Source: an uncultured Actinomycetota bacterium
GTDB taxonomy: Bacteria > Actinomycetota > Thermoleophilia > Solirubrobacterales > Solirubrobacteraceae
Length of the DNA stretch: 64,000 bases
Reading direction: 5' to 3'
Assembly (NCBI GenBank): GCA_963725915.1
Contig: CAVSAL010000006.1
Span: forward strand, 50,729-114,728
This document shows positions 1-15,821 of the stretch, in pieces (positions within the stretch are counted from its first letter, which is position 1; each line of letters opens with the position of its first letter). Both the position numbers and the translations under genes were made by a program. Below the pieces are notes generated by a model. The model ran no database searches. It worked only from the letters and a program-made list of their open reading frames with translations, and had not been told where the DNA came from.

Positions 1-1428
1 ACTGGCGTAGAGCGTCTGCGCCGGATATTCGACGCCATGCGAGCCGCCCGCCAGCGCGAACATCGCGGCGATGATCGGCGATGCCTCGCTGGTGCCGCCG
101 ATCGGCCACCATTCCAGCGGGGTGTTGACGGGCACGAGTTCTTCCTTGCCGTCTTTGAAGACGACTTCGTAGTGGGGATCCGGCACCGAGTCGTAGACCG
201 CCGCGCCCGTGTAAGGGTCGGCGTCGGCGGACACGTCGGCCACCGCTCGGTGCTGCCCGCAGCCGACCTGACTCCAGTCTGGGACTTCTTCCTGCCAGGG
301 CTGGGCGCGGAACAGGGTGCTGCAGCCGCCGCCGCCCGCGCCCTGGTTGCCGCCTTCGGAGTCAGGGTCCTCGTTCCAGACCGTCTCGCTGCGGCGCACG
401 CCGCCCAGAAGCGTCAGTTTCGTGCCACCGACCGCCACCACGTCCGGCGAGGACGCCGGGAAGTCGGCGCCGGAGTAGTAGCCGCTCTTGGCTTTTTCGG
501 CTTCTTCGGCCTGCGTCCAGTTGAGATAGCCGTCGTCGCCCGCGGAGGCCGCGATCACGATCCCCGGGTGGTGGAAGGCGGCTTCGGCCTGCGACAGTTC
601 GGAGGCTTTCGGCTCTCTGCCTCCCCAGGAGTTGGAGACCTCGGTCGCGCCCAGGCTCACCGCCGTCTGCTCGGCTTCGTAGAAGTCTTCGTAAGAGGGC
701 ACGTTCGCCTCCACGAGCAGCACCTTGCAGTTCTGGCAGATCGCGTGAGCCATCTCGACATCCAGCGACATCTCGACCGCCCAGCCCTCGGCTTCTTCGG
801 CTTCTTCGCAAGCTTCGACGTCCGCTTCGGTTTTCCCCGACTGACAGACTTTGACCTTTTCGGTCAGTTCATTTGCGTTGTGGGGAAACGGCAGCGCGCC
901 TGCGCCGGCTTCGCCTCTCTGGTTGACCTGCTCGAAGCAGCCGCTGCTCTGTTCCGCTTTGCACGCCGGCAGTTCAGGCAGCCCAAATTCCCCGCTGTAG
1001 ATCTTCAGGTCGGCCGCGGCCTCGTAGTCGTTGTAGGCGTCGACGAGCGCAATCGTCTGCGGCGCGGAGGAGGGTGCTTCGGGCAGTTCTCCGTGAAAGT
1101 AGGCGTGGCGCAGGTCTTCGGGCCGCAGGCCATATGCGCCGTCCTGAGCCGTCGAGGCCGCCAGCGGCGCGTGGCGCGTCATGCCGATCGGGTGCTTGTG
1201 CGACCACCAGGCCGCGGGGGTGCGCGGCTGCAGCTCCAGGGCCAGGCAGCTGGCGCGGCCCGGTGCCGGCGGGCCGCATGCGGGTCTCACCAGGTAGTCG
1301 GATTCGGGCAGCGGCGACACCGTGCCGGCAACGGCCGCGGGAACTGCGAGCGCGCAGAGCGCCATCAGCTGGACGCTCGCCAGCAATGCGACCGCGATAG
1401 ACCTCGGGCCCAGCCTCGATGCGCTCAC
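1..1428 (-). CDS. Secreted S53/S8 (sedolisin/subtilisin-like) serine peptidase, runs off the left edge
   Basis: Not in the ORF track because no stop lies inside the window. Manual translation from GTG 1428 gives a signal-like N-terminus, then QTIALVDAYND, EMSLDVEMAHAIC (ExxxD), ASAGDDG, FPASSPDVVAVGGT and GGTSEASPIIA (catalytic Ser). Confidence 0.85.
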   Translation of the reverse strand, partial: MSASRLGPRSIAVALLASVQLMALCALAVPAAVAGTVSPLPESDYLVRPACGPPAPGRASCLALELQPRTPAAWWSHKHPIGMTRHAPLAASTAQDGAYGLRPEDLRHAYFHGELPEAPSSAPQTIALVDAYNDYEAAADLKIYSGEFGLPELPACKAEQSSGCFEQVNQRGEAGAGALPFPHNANELTEKVKVCQSGKTEADVEACEEAEEAEGWAVEMSLDVEMAHAICQNCKVLLVEANVPSYEDFYEAEQTAVSLGATEVSNSWGGREPKASELSQAEAAFHHPGIVIAASAGDDGYLNWTQAEEAEKAKSGYYSGADFPASSPDVVAVGGTKLTLLGGVRRSETVWNEDPDSEGGNQGAGGGGCSTLFRAQPWQEEVPDWSQVGCGQHRAVADVSADADPYTGAAVYDSVPDPHYEVVFKDGKEELVPVNTPLEWWPIGGTSEASPIIAAMFALAGGSHGVEYPAQTLYAS

Positions 1429-1491
1429 GTACCGAAAGGCTACCCTGCCGCGGCCCGATCCCCGCCGGTGGAGGACGAGTGTTGTAGATGC

Positions 1492-2905
1492 TTACGCGGC
1501 TGCTGCCGGTGCGATCGTGCGCCACATAGTCAGCTCGAGAGCGACCCGTTCGCCTTCGTCAACGTCGTCGAAGCGCAACAGCACTTGGCGCAACGCGCGA
1601 GTGCCGAAGTCGAGCGCGTCTACGGGGATACGCTCGTTGGCCGCGTGGATCAGCGTGCTGAAGCGCATGGATGCGGGGAGGCGCATCGGGAGGAAGCCGT
1701 ATGTCTGGATGCCGCAGCGCGCGAAGTAGCGACCGTCGGTAGCGGCCGGCATCAGCATCGGCACGGCACGCGCGTCAGGGTCCTGCTCGCGGATGATGGC
1801 GTCAAGAGTCCGAAATAGGCCCAGATCGGCGTGGTCCGGGCCGCGATCGTAGCGTGTGAGCTCGCACGCGACATCGAGTCCCATGAGCGCACACAGCTCG
1901 GAGATCAGCTCCCTGTACCTCACAGCCTGGGACCATCCTGCAATCGAGGTCGAGCGTCACCGAGCCTGGAATGACGTTTCCCTGTCCTCCCGCACAGATG
2001 CCGGTCACGCTGACCGTGTTGCGCAGCATAGGCTCAAACGTCTCAGGGATAGCGCCAAGTCGTGACATGAGAGCCTCCGCATGAGCCTGCAGCATGCCTC
2101 TCGTCAACATGCGGCGGGCCCAGGGCAGCTCGCAAGCAAGCTGGTTGAACATGATGCGCACCAGTGGCGTCATGCGCACGGGCAGGCGCCCGCGCTGGAC
2201 ACCCCGCAGCGCCCGTAGGAGTCCGGTGATAGCTCCGTCGGCTTGACCCAGCGCCCCGTGACCCCCTTCGCCGCGGATCGTTGCGCGCATCCAGCACAGC
2301 TGCTTCTCCGCGACCTGGACCGGGTATACGCGACGATTGCGCCCCGCCGGCAGCGAGAAGCCGCCGAACTCACCGATCCCGTAACGCACGCCCTTCAGTA
2401 GCTCACGGTGACGATCGACGAGGAATGCAGCACCGTGATCGCTGCCGCACTCCTCGTCGACAACCATCGCCACCAGCACGTCGCCGGGCGGCTTCACGGT
2501 GTCCCCCGCGGCCATGAGCACCGCTGCCAGCAGCATGGCAACGCCACCCTTCATGTCGAGGGCGCCCCGTCCCCACACGAATCCGTCCACGATGTCGCCC
2601 GCGAACGGAGGGTGTTGCCAGTTGGGCTCGGGCGCCGGAACCACGTCCACGTGGCCGTGGAGCAGTAGCGCGGGTGATACCCCACGCCCCTCCAGGCGCG
2701 CGATCAAGTTGGGGCGTCCGGGCGCAGACTCGATCAGTCGTGTCTGCAGTCCGGCGCCACGCAACAGCTCCTCGATGAAGGAGATGCATCTTGCCTCGTT
2801 CCCGGGCGGGTTGCTCGTATCGAAGCGAAGCAATTGCTGCAACAGCGCGACAGGGTTCGCGTCGCGCAACGTTGACACCGCAGGGTCTGCCGGCGTGTAG
2901 GTCAT
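1492..2905 (-). CDS. M20/M25/M40 metallo-amidohydrolase (ArgE/DapE/Acy1-like), frameshift near 1915
   Basis: HGHVDVV, GRGALDMKG, DEE and GHG motifs in ORF 1802..2968. The C-terminal ATDGRYF...IHAANER lies in ORF 1492..1923. ATG 2905 overlaps the PKS stop codon. Confidence 0.88.
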
Positions 2906-5900
2906 TGATGGACGGCTGTGAGCTCGCGGAGATAGGTCGTCATCAGCGTGTCGTCCACCTGCGGACATGCGATGCCCGTCTTCGCCAGCGCGGCGCGTGT
3001 GTTCTCGGCACGGTATCGCCGTCCCGAGAACAACGCGCGTTCTTCGAGCATCGGGACGAAGACGCGCAGCGGGTTGCTGTCATCAGAGGCCTCGCGTATC
3101 GCTGCTATCCAGTCGGCCAGGGGTGCGAGCTCGAGCTCGTAGCCGTTTGTGCGCAGCCGCTCGACGATCTCAGTCCAGCGAATCGCCGTGGGGTTGACGA
3201 GATGGAAGTTGCTCCCCTGCAACTTTGGATTGAGCGAGAGGGCGACGAGCGCACTGCTGACGTAGTCCACGGGCACTAGGTTGACGAACGCTCCGCTGTC
3301 CGGCGCGAGGCCAAGAGCTATGCAGCCTCGGAGCATCGCTGGGATCAGGTGTCCCTTCGAGACCGCGCCTGTGAGGCTGTGGCCGGAAATGTTCCCGGGC
3401 CGGTAAACCGACGCCGGTAGACCCTGCCGTCGCGCGAGCTGAACCAGCTGCTCTGCCACCCACTTGCTTTCGTCATAGCCGCAGTGAAAGCCGTGGCCCA
3501 CCGACAGGTCCTCATCCTCGCCAGCGGTGCGCAGGGCCTCGAATGCGTCGCAATCGAACACGGCGATCGACGAGACGTGGTGTACAGGTATGCCGCCTGC
3601 CTGCATCGCCAGTCGAAGCACCTCGCGCGTGCCGTGCACGTTCGTGTCGCGCAGGCGCCCATATGGCTCCAGGAACGACACCTTGGCGCCGTTATGCACG
3701 ATTGACGCGCAATTCGCCATAAGCTCGGCATATACGCCGGCCTCCAGGCCGAAGCGATCGCGTGACAGGTCACCGGCAAGAACCTCGATCCGACTCATGT
3801 CCACCTCGTCCGCCAGCCCGTAACGCAAGAGCGCTTTGTGTAGGCGGTCGCTGCCGTCATCCGGCTGATCGCAGCGCACGAGGCAGCGCACACACGCGAC
3901 GGTCTGCCGCAGGAGCTCACGCAACAGGAAGACGCCGAGAAAACCGGTCGCACCGGTCAGCAGAATCGCTTGCCGCTGACCATGCAGGCCGCGCGGGCGG
4001 GTGACGATCGGCTCCTGAGCGAGCCAGACGTCACCTTGCGGATAGGCCTCGTGTTCGTCGCCGGCGGTGACGACGGTCGAGGCGAGCGCAGCGAGCGCGC
4101 TGGGGCGCGGATCGCGAAACACCGCGCGCAACGGCAGTTCGGCGCCGAGGACCTCGCGCAGACGCGCTGCGAGCTCGGCTCCCAGCATGGAATTCCCGCC
4201 GAGCTCGAAGAAATCATCGTCGTCGCGGACGTCGCTCAAACCAAGCAGCTCTTCAAAGACCGACGCGATCGCTGTCGGTCGGCTGGCCGCCGGCGCGGGC
4301 ACGTTGGCTGGCGACTGCTCTGCCGCCGGTCGCGTGTGCCGGACGCGCTGGATGACCTCCAAGCTCCGTGTCTCGGTCGCGGCGGGCGCCGCAGCGGCGT
4401 GCTCGATCCAGTGGCGTGCCCGCTCGAAGGGGTAGGTGGGCAGCGCGACAGAGCGTCGCTGCGAGTGCTCGTGCAGCTCCTCCCAGCGAGGCTCTGCGCC
4501 GCCGGCCCACAGCCGCCCGAGCGCCTCCAGCATGGTCTTGCGGTCGTCGCGCTCGGACTCGGCGTGGTCGGGCAGCGAGCGCACAACGAGGTGCGCGCGG
4601 GAAAAGTCCGGGTGCCGCCGGATCAGCTGGCCGAGCGTCCTGCCAGGTCCGATCTCGAGCATCGCTGTGTGGGTGCGCAACAACGCGCCGGCACAGTCAC
4701 TGAAGCGAACCACACAGCGCAGCTGCCGACCCCAATAGCCGGGGTCCAGCGCCTCGTCGTCAGTCAGCCGATCGCCCGTGACGTTCGAGAACAGCGGCAC
4801 AGACGGCGCCTTGCGCGCGATCGTCGCTGCGCATGCGCTGAGCGGCGCAACTGCCGCGTCCATCGCCGCTGAGTGAAACGCATGCGACGTGTGCAGGCGT
4901 TGCACCGCGACGCCTGCGGCACAAAGACTGTCTCGTATCAGCTCGATCGCCGAGGGCGGCCCGCTCAACGAGGTGAGGTCGGGTGCATTGACGGCTGCGA
5001 TCTCGACCTCAGCGGGCAGCTCCCGGCGCAGCTGATCCGCGGGCAGGCCGACCGCCAACATCGCGCCCTCCGGTTGCATGCCGGCGAGGCGCGCGCGTTC
5101 GGCCACCAGCCGTGCGGCGCCGTTGCCATCGAAGATCCCGGCAACGCGAGCGGCCACTATCTCGCCGATGCTGTGTCCCGCCAGCGCCGCCGGCACAATG
5201 CCCCACGACTGCCACAATCGTGCCAGCGCGTACTCGACGGCGTACAGTGCCGGCTGCGCGATCTCGGTGCGACGTGCCAGCTTGCTCGCCTCGAGATCGC
5301 TCGGGCTCGCCCCGAGCAGCGTGCGGGGATCGTGCGCACCGGCCTCGACCAGCTCCTCGCAACACTGCTCGAACGTTTCGCGAAACACACGCTCTGAGCA
5401 ATGCAGCTCGCGCGCCATGCCGGGGTACTGGCTTCCCTGCCCCGAAAAGACGAATGCAACGCTCGCGCTCTCATGCGCAAACGTCGCGGCGGGGTCAGCG
5501 CGGAAGCCCATGAGCCCATGCGCTGCACCCGCCATGTCGCGACAGACGACCGCGGCGCGATGCGAGAACGCTCGCCGACCGGTCTGCAGCGTGTAGGAGA
5601 CGGCATCCAGCTCTCCGTCCCCACGCCCAGCGAGATCGTGGCCGAGGGCGCGCGTGGACGCCAGCAGCGCAGATGGCGTGCGCGCCGAGGTGACAACCAG
5701 CCTCCAGGGTCGATTGGCGACGCGCGCCGGGCGCGGCGACGCCGGCGCCTCCTCCAGCACTGCATGCGCATTGGTGCCGCCAATGCCAAAAGAACTGACC
5801 CCGGCGCGCAGCGGCCCATTTCGGTTCTCCCATGGCGTGAGCCGGTCGCACACCATGAATGGCGAGCCGATGAACGGAATGTGGGGGTTGGGTCGCTCGA

Positions 5901-7053
5901 AATGGAGGCTGGGCGGGAGCTCGTGCCGCTGCAGCGCGAGCACAGTCTTGATCAGGCCCGCGATGCCGGCCGCGGCGTTGAGGTGCCCCACGTTCGTCTT
6001 CACCGAACCGATGCGGCAGAACCCCTCGAGCGGGGTGAAACGACGGAACGCGCGAGTGAGCGCCTCCACCTCGATTGGATCTCCCAGGGGGGTGCCGGTG
6101 CCGTGGGCCTCCACATATGTGATGCTCTCCACGTCCACACCCGCCGTCAGCAGTGCGTCTGCGACGACCTCTTCCTGTCCGCTCACGCTCGGCGCCGTGA
6201 ACCCGACCTTGTTGGCACCGTCGTTATTGACGGCCGACGCGCGGATCAAGGCATGAATCTCGTTGCCGTCCTCCAGCGCGTCGGGCAACAGCTTGAGCAG
6301 CACCGCACCGGCGCCCTGGCTGAACACCGTGCCTCGCGCGCTTGCGTCGAATGCACGACAGTGCCCATCAGGAGAGAGAATCCCGCCAGGTTCGTACATA
6401 TAGCCCGCCCGATGCGGGACGTCAGCTGTCACTCCGCCGGCAAGCGCAAGCTCACAGTCGCCCGAGAGCAGGCTTTGACAGGCCATGTGTACGGCGACAA
6501 GCGAGCTCGAACACGCGGTCTGAATCGTCATGCTCGGACCAGTCAAGCCCAGCTTGTAGGAGACGCGCGTAGAGAGGTAGTCCTTCTCGTTGCCGATCAG
6601 CGTCTGGAGCGCAACCGGCGAGGCGCGCAGCTCCGGGTGCGAAAGCAGGTTGAAGTACAGGTAAGTGTTCTTGCTCACTCCCGCGAACACGCCGGTACGG
6701 TCGCGCTCGTCATCGTAGCGGATGCCGGCGCGTTCGAATGCCTCAACGCAGATTTCCAGGAATATGCGATGCTGGGGGTCCATCAGCGAAGCCTCGCGCG
6801 GGCTGATGTCAAAGAAGGCGGCGTCGAAGCCTGCAATGTCCGCTAGCACCCCCTTCGCCGGCACATATCCCGGTTGCCGCCACTCCTTCTCGGGTACTCC
6901 GGCCGCGCGCAGCTCTTGCTCTGACAGGAAGCTGATCGACTCGCGGCCCGCCCGCAGGTTCGACCAAAAATCCTCGACTGTCGAGGCTCCCGGAAACCGC
7001 CCCGCGAGGCCCACGACAGCAACGACTTGCTCGAGGTGTTCGTCGTGCATCAC
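2902..7053 (-). CDS. Single-module type I PKS: KS-AT-ACP-thioester reductase (R)
   Basis: KS: TACSSS, EAHGTGT, VGHL. AT: GHSIGE and HAFH (malonyl-type). ACP: LGGNSM. R domain: TGATGFLG and YDESK. No KR, DH or TE. Confidence 0.93.
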   Translation of the reverse strand: MMHDEHLEQVVAVVGLAGRFPGASTVEDFWSNLRAGRESISFLSEQELRAAGVPEKEWRQPGYVPAKGVLADIAGFDAAFFDISPREASLMDPQHRIFLEICVEAFERAGIRYDDERDRTGVFAGVSKNTYLYFNLLSHPELRASPVALQTLIGNEKDYLSTRVSYKLGLTGPSMTIQTACSSSLVAVHMACQSLLSGDCELALAGGVTADVPHRAGYMYEPGGILSPDGHCRAFDASARGTVFSQGAGAVLLKLLPDALEDGNEIHALIRASAVNNDGANKVGFTAPSVSGQEEVVADALLTAGVDVESITYVEAHGTGTPLGDPIEVEALTRAFRRFTPLEGFCRIGSVKTNVGHLNAAAGIAGLIKTVLALQRHELPPSLHFERPNPHIPFIGSPFMVCDRLTPWENRNGPLRAGVSSFGIGGTNAHAVLEEAPASPRPARVANRPWRLVVTSARTPSALLASTRALGHDLAGRGDGELDAVSYTLQTGRRAFSHRAAVVCRDMAGAAHGLMGFRADPAATFAHESASVAFVFSGQGSQYPGMARELHCSERVFRETFEQCCEELVEAGAHDPRTLLGASPSDLEASKLARRTEIAQPALYAVEYALARLWQSWGIVPAALAGHSIGEIVAARVAGIFDGNGAARLVAERARLAGMQPEGAMLAVGLPADQLRRELPAEVEIAAVNAPDLTSLSGPPSAIELIRDSLCAAGVAVQRLHTSHAFHSAAMDAAVAPLSACAATIARKAPSVPLFSNVTGDRLTDDEALDPGYWGRQLRCVVRFSDCAGALLRTHTAMLEIGPGRTLGQLIRRHPDFSRAHLVVRSLPDHAESERDDRKTMLEALGRLWAGGAEPRWEELHEHSQRRSVALPTYPFERARHWIEHAAAAPAATETRSLEVIQRVRHTRPAAEQSPANVPAPAASRPTAIASVFEELLGLSDVRDDDDFFELGGNSMLGAELAARLREVLGAELPLRAVFRDPRPSALAALASTVVTAGDEHEAYPQGDVWLAQEPIVTRPRGLHGQRQAILLTGATGFLGVFLLRELLRQTVACVRCLVRCDQPDDGSDRLHKALLRYGLADEVDMSRIEVLAGDLSRDRFGLEAGVYAELMANCASIVHNGAKVSFLEPYGRLRDTNVHGTREVLRLAMQAGGIPVHHVSSIAVFDCDAFEALRTAGEDEDLSVGHGFHCGYDESKWVAEQLVQLARRQGLPASVYRPGNISGHSLTGAVSKGHLIPAMLRGCIALGLAPDSGAFVNLVPVDYVSSALVALSLNPKLQGSNFHLVNPTAIRWTEIVERLRTNGYELELAPLADWIAAIREASDDSNPLRVFVPMLEERALFSGRRYRAENTRAALAKTGIACPQVDDTLMTTYLRELTAVHQ

Positions 7054-7987
7054 GGCGCCTGTCGCTGCTCGCCTTCAGTCACTCCACGCTTCGTCGCAGC
7101 GCCAAGATCGACTTTGCGCATGCGTTGACGGCGGAGCGGCGGTGGCTGTGCTTGCTCGTGACTACCGCCAAGATGCTTGGCCAATCGGCGAATCGTGGGG
7201 TGCTCGAAGAGCGCTATCAGCGGGACCGGCGCGATCTGCTCGCGGATCCGCGCATGGACACGCACCAGCAGCAGCGAATGCCCTCCTATGTCGAAGAAGG
7301 CGTCATCGATGCTCACTCTTGTGACCGGCAGGAAAGTGCGCCATATCTCGACCAGCTGCCGCTCGAGATCGTTTCGCGGGTGTGCGTAGGAGGTCTCCCG
7401 CCCGAGCGCGGCGCCAGCCGGCGCTGGCAATGCCTTGCGGTCGATCTTGCCGTTGTGCGTCAGCGGAAGCGCGTCGAGCTCGATCACCAGAGTCGGCACC
7501 ATGAAAGGTGGCAGCACATTCGCGATCTGGGCACGCAGCTCCTGAAGCGCTGAAGTCGGCGTCTGCCTGCGGGACGACGTAGGCCACCAGCTGCGCGTCA
7601 CCGGTCGCGTCCGCGCGCGTGACGGCGACCACCTGGTGCACGTCGTCGAGCCGCGCGAGCACCGACTCCACCTCTCCGAGCTCGACCCGGAATCCCCTCA
7701 CCTTCACCTGCGAGTCGAGGCGGCCAAGGAACTCGAGCATGCCATCGGCACGCCAACGCACGAGGTCGCCGGTGCGGTACATGCGTGCTCGACCATCAGC
7801 GTCAAAGGGGTCGCGTACGAAGGCCCGGGCGGTCAAGTCAGGCCGATTCCGATACCCTCGCGCCACTCCCTCGCCAGCGATGCAAAGTTCGCCCGGGGTG
7901 CCGATCGGCGCCGCCAAGCCGTGCGGATCGAGGACGTATAGCCGCGTGTTGCGAAGCGCGCGTCCGATCGGCGGTGGACCGTCGATG

Positions 7988-8010
<23 letters not shown>
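7050..8010 (-). CDS. C-terminal part of the NRPS (end of A2 plus T2), split by frameshifts near 8005 and 7550
   Basis: PIGRAL, GELCIAG, MYRTGDL and GRLDSQVKVRGFRVELGE in ORF 7303..8109. PLTHNGKIDR and FFDIGGHSLL in ORF 7050..7601. Confidence 0.88.
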
Positions 8011-13703
<5,693 letters not shown>

Positions 13704-13732
<29 letters not shown>

Positions 13733-15724
13733 GCGCAGCGGAGAGGTACGAGAGGACGCGTCCCGCGAGCGCGTCGTCTTCGTTGGCGATCACGTCCACC
13801 TCAGCCAAAAGAGCGAGCTCACCGCGTTCGAACTGCGCACGACATGCCCGACGCCGGATCTTTCCGCTTGAAGTCTTCGGCGCAGTGTGAGCTTCGATAA
13901 GCGCCACAGCCCACACTCAACGCCGCACTCTCGCGCAACCGCCTCGCGCAGCGTTTGCATCGCGGCACATGGCGAGGACCCGGATCGTGGATCGAACTCC
14001 TGAACGCAGACGATTTGGCCTTCAGCGTCGGGCCGTGCGAGCTGGAAGACCGCGCCGCACCCGCGACGGAACCCGGGGTCGGCTTCCTCGGCTACCCGCT
14101 CGAGGTCATGGGGTGCGATGTTGCGTCCACGCACGATGAGCAGATCCTTGATGCGCCCCACTACGTAAAGCTCGTCGTCCAGCACGAAGCCAAGATCACC
14201 GGTCCTGAGCCATCGCCGCGGGTCATCCGCGATGTGCGCGGCGAACACGCGGACGCTCTCCTCCGGTCGATTCCAGTAACCGCTTGCGACGTGAGGGCCC
14301 GACACCCACACCTCGCCGACGTGCCCGGGATCGCAGGGCCGGCCGGTGTCCGCGTCAACAATCGCAATCGAACCGTCGCCGGCCGCAGAGCCGCAGCTCA
14401 CAATGCGGCAACCCGCGCCGGTCCCGTCTGCCAGCGCCTGGCCGGTCTCGAGCGCCTCTGCGTCGCAAGACCGAATGCGTGGCTCCGTGCCCGCCCGCAC
14501 ACCGGTCACGATGAGCGTGCTCTCGGCAAGCCCATAGCAGGGAGTGAATGCACCCGGACGAAGCCCGCAGGGAGCAAACGTCTGCTGAAACGTTTCTATC
14601 GTCTGCGCGCGAACAGGCTCGGCTCCGTTGAAGAGCACTTCGACAGACGACAGATCGAGCTCAGCGCGCTGCGCAGGAGTGGACTTGCGTAGGCAAAGAT
14701 CGAAGGCGAAGTTGGGAGCTCCGGTGAGAGTGCCGCCATACTGCGTCACGGCCTCCAGCCAGCTGATCGGCTTGCGGAGGAACTGCTCGGGCGCCATGAG
14801 GACACACCTCGCGCCCAGGAACATCGTGTAGTTTATCAAGCCCACTAGTCCCATATCATGGAATACTGGTAGCCAGCCGACCAGTACCGAGTCACCACGT
14901 TGCGGCATAGTCACCCGGATCATGGTCAGGTTTTCCATAAGCGCCCCATGACTGACCATCACACCCTTCGGCGCTTCCGTGGAGCCGGAGGTGTATTGCA
15001 AAAACGCCAGATCGTCGCGACCGATCGCAGATGGACGCCAAGCGTGTACATCGGATGTTATGGGCGTTGTGGGCACGAATGGCAGTGTCGCCAGGCTGGG
15101 CACGGCATTCACCAGCATGTCCCTCGTTTCGAGCAGCGACTGAGTCGTAAGGACTGCCGCGGGGAGGCAGTCTTCGACAATGCCTTCGATGCGCTGGTTG
15201 TGCTGCGAGGACCCTGTCCTCGGCGGGTAGGCCGGGACTGCGACCATTCCCGCCAACATGCACGAAAAAAGGCCTTCGATGAAACCCAGTCCGGGCGGGT
15301 ACAGCAACAGGACACGTTCCCCGGGTCTGACCTGCGCCTGGAGTCTGGCGGCCAAAGAGCGCGTACGCTCGCCGAGCTCGCCGTATGTGACGCTCCGGCG
15401 CTCGCGCTTGTCTTCGGCAAGAAAGGTATACGCCACCTTTTCTGGGCAATGCTCAGCCCAATGGCGCACCAGCTCGCCGATGTGTTCGATGGTGTGTACA
15501 GGCGTGCTCGACCGACCCGCATCGTCGCTGGAGCCTGGCGTCGCATGAGTGCGGGTGGTCCTCGCAAGCACTCCGCAAAGGATGCCTAACCGCCAAGAGC
15601 GCATAGTCAGAAACACCATGCACGAGCCCCTTCGTCGTACAAAGGGCCGATGGTTCCTTGATAATGACACTGCTCGACACCTTGGCATGGTGTCTCCGAC
15701 TCCGGCGACGCCTCTGAACGACAT
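13704..15724 (-). CDS. Fatty acyl-AMP ligase (FAAL) loading domain, probably the N-terminus of the same NRPS (frameshifts near 13915 and 13720); true start probably downstream of 15724
   Basis: LAFLQYTSGSTEAPKG, WLPVFHDMGL, PCYGLAESTL followed by a FAAL-type insertion, and RTGDLG. The A10 motif PKTSSGKIRR lies in the shifted frame 13704..13916. Confidence 0.88.
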
Positions 15725-15744
15725 ACTCAGGACAGGCGGCCTGC

Positions 15745-15818
15745 GGCACAGTAGCTCAGCGGGTAGAGCACTTGACTAAAAATCAATGTGGTCGTCGGTT
15801 CGAGTCCGACCTGTGCCA
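15745..15818 (+). tRNA. tRNA with AAA anticodon (Phe-type, atypical A34)
   Basis: Acceptor GGCACAG/CTGTGCC, D stem GCTC/GAGC, anticodon loop CT-AAA-AA, T arm GTCGG-TTCGAGT-CCGAC, discriminator A. CCA is not encoded. One extra base in the 3' strand of the anticodon stem. Confidence 0.88.
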
Positions 15819-15821
15819 TCG

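Noticed and set aside
1447-1470. cgcggcccgatccccgccgg resembles the tRNA-Gly T-arm (possible att site)
   Set aside because: Inverted relative to the tRNA and mismatched; not a direct-repeat att.
37-1818. 593-aa plus-strand ORF, and similar long ORFs such as 8399..10891, 44676..46688 and 54227..55843
   Set aside because: Antisense shadows of real genes in high-GC DNA; no motifs, Arg/Gly-rich.
15655-15675. GATAATGAC as a Fur box
   Set aside because: Half-site only; more simply a -10-like element, and the iron operon here uses a DtxR-type box.
15766-15795. The anticodon arm resembles tRNA-Lys(UUU) arms, suggesting an inverted or converted Lys tRNA
   Set aside because: The reverse complement does not regenerate a Lys loop, GACT..AATC is also normal for tRNA-Phe, and adjacency to pheS favours a Phe origin. 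Not fully excluded.
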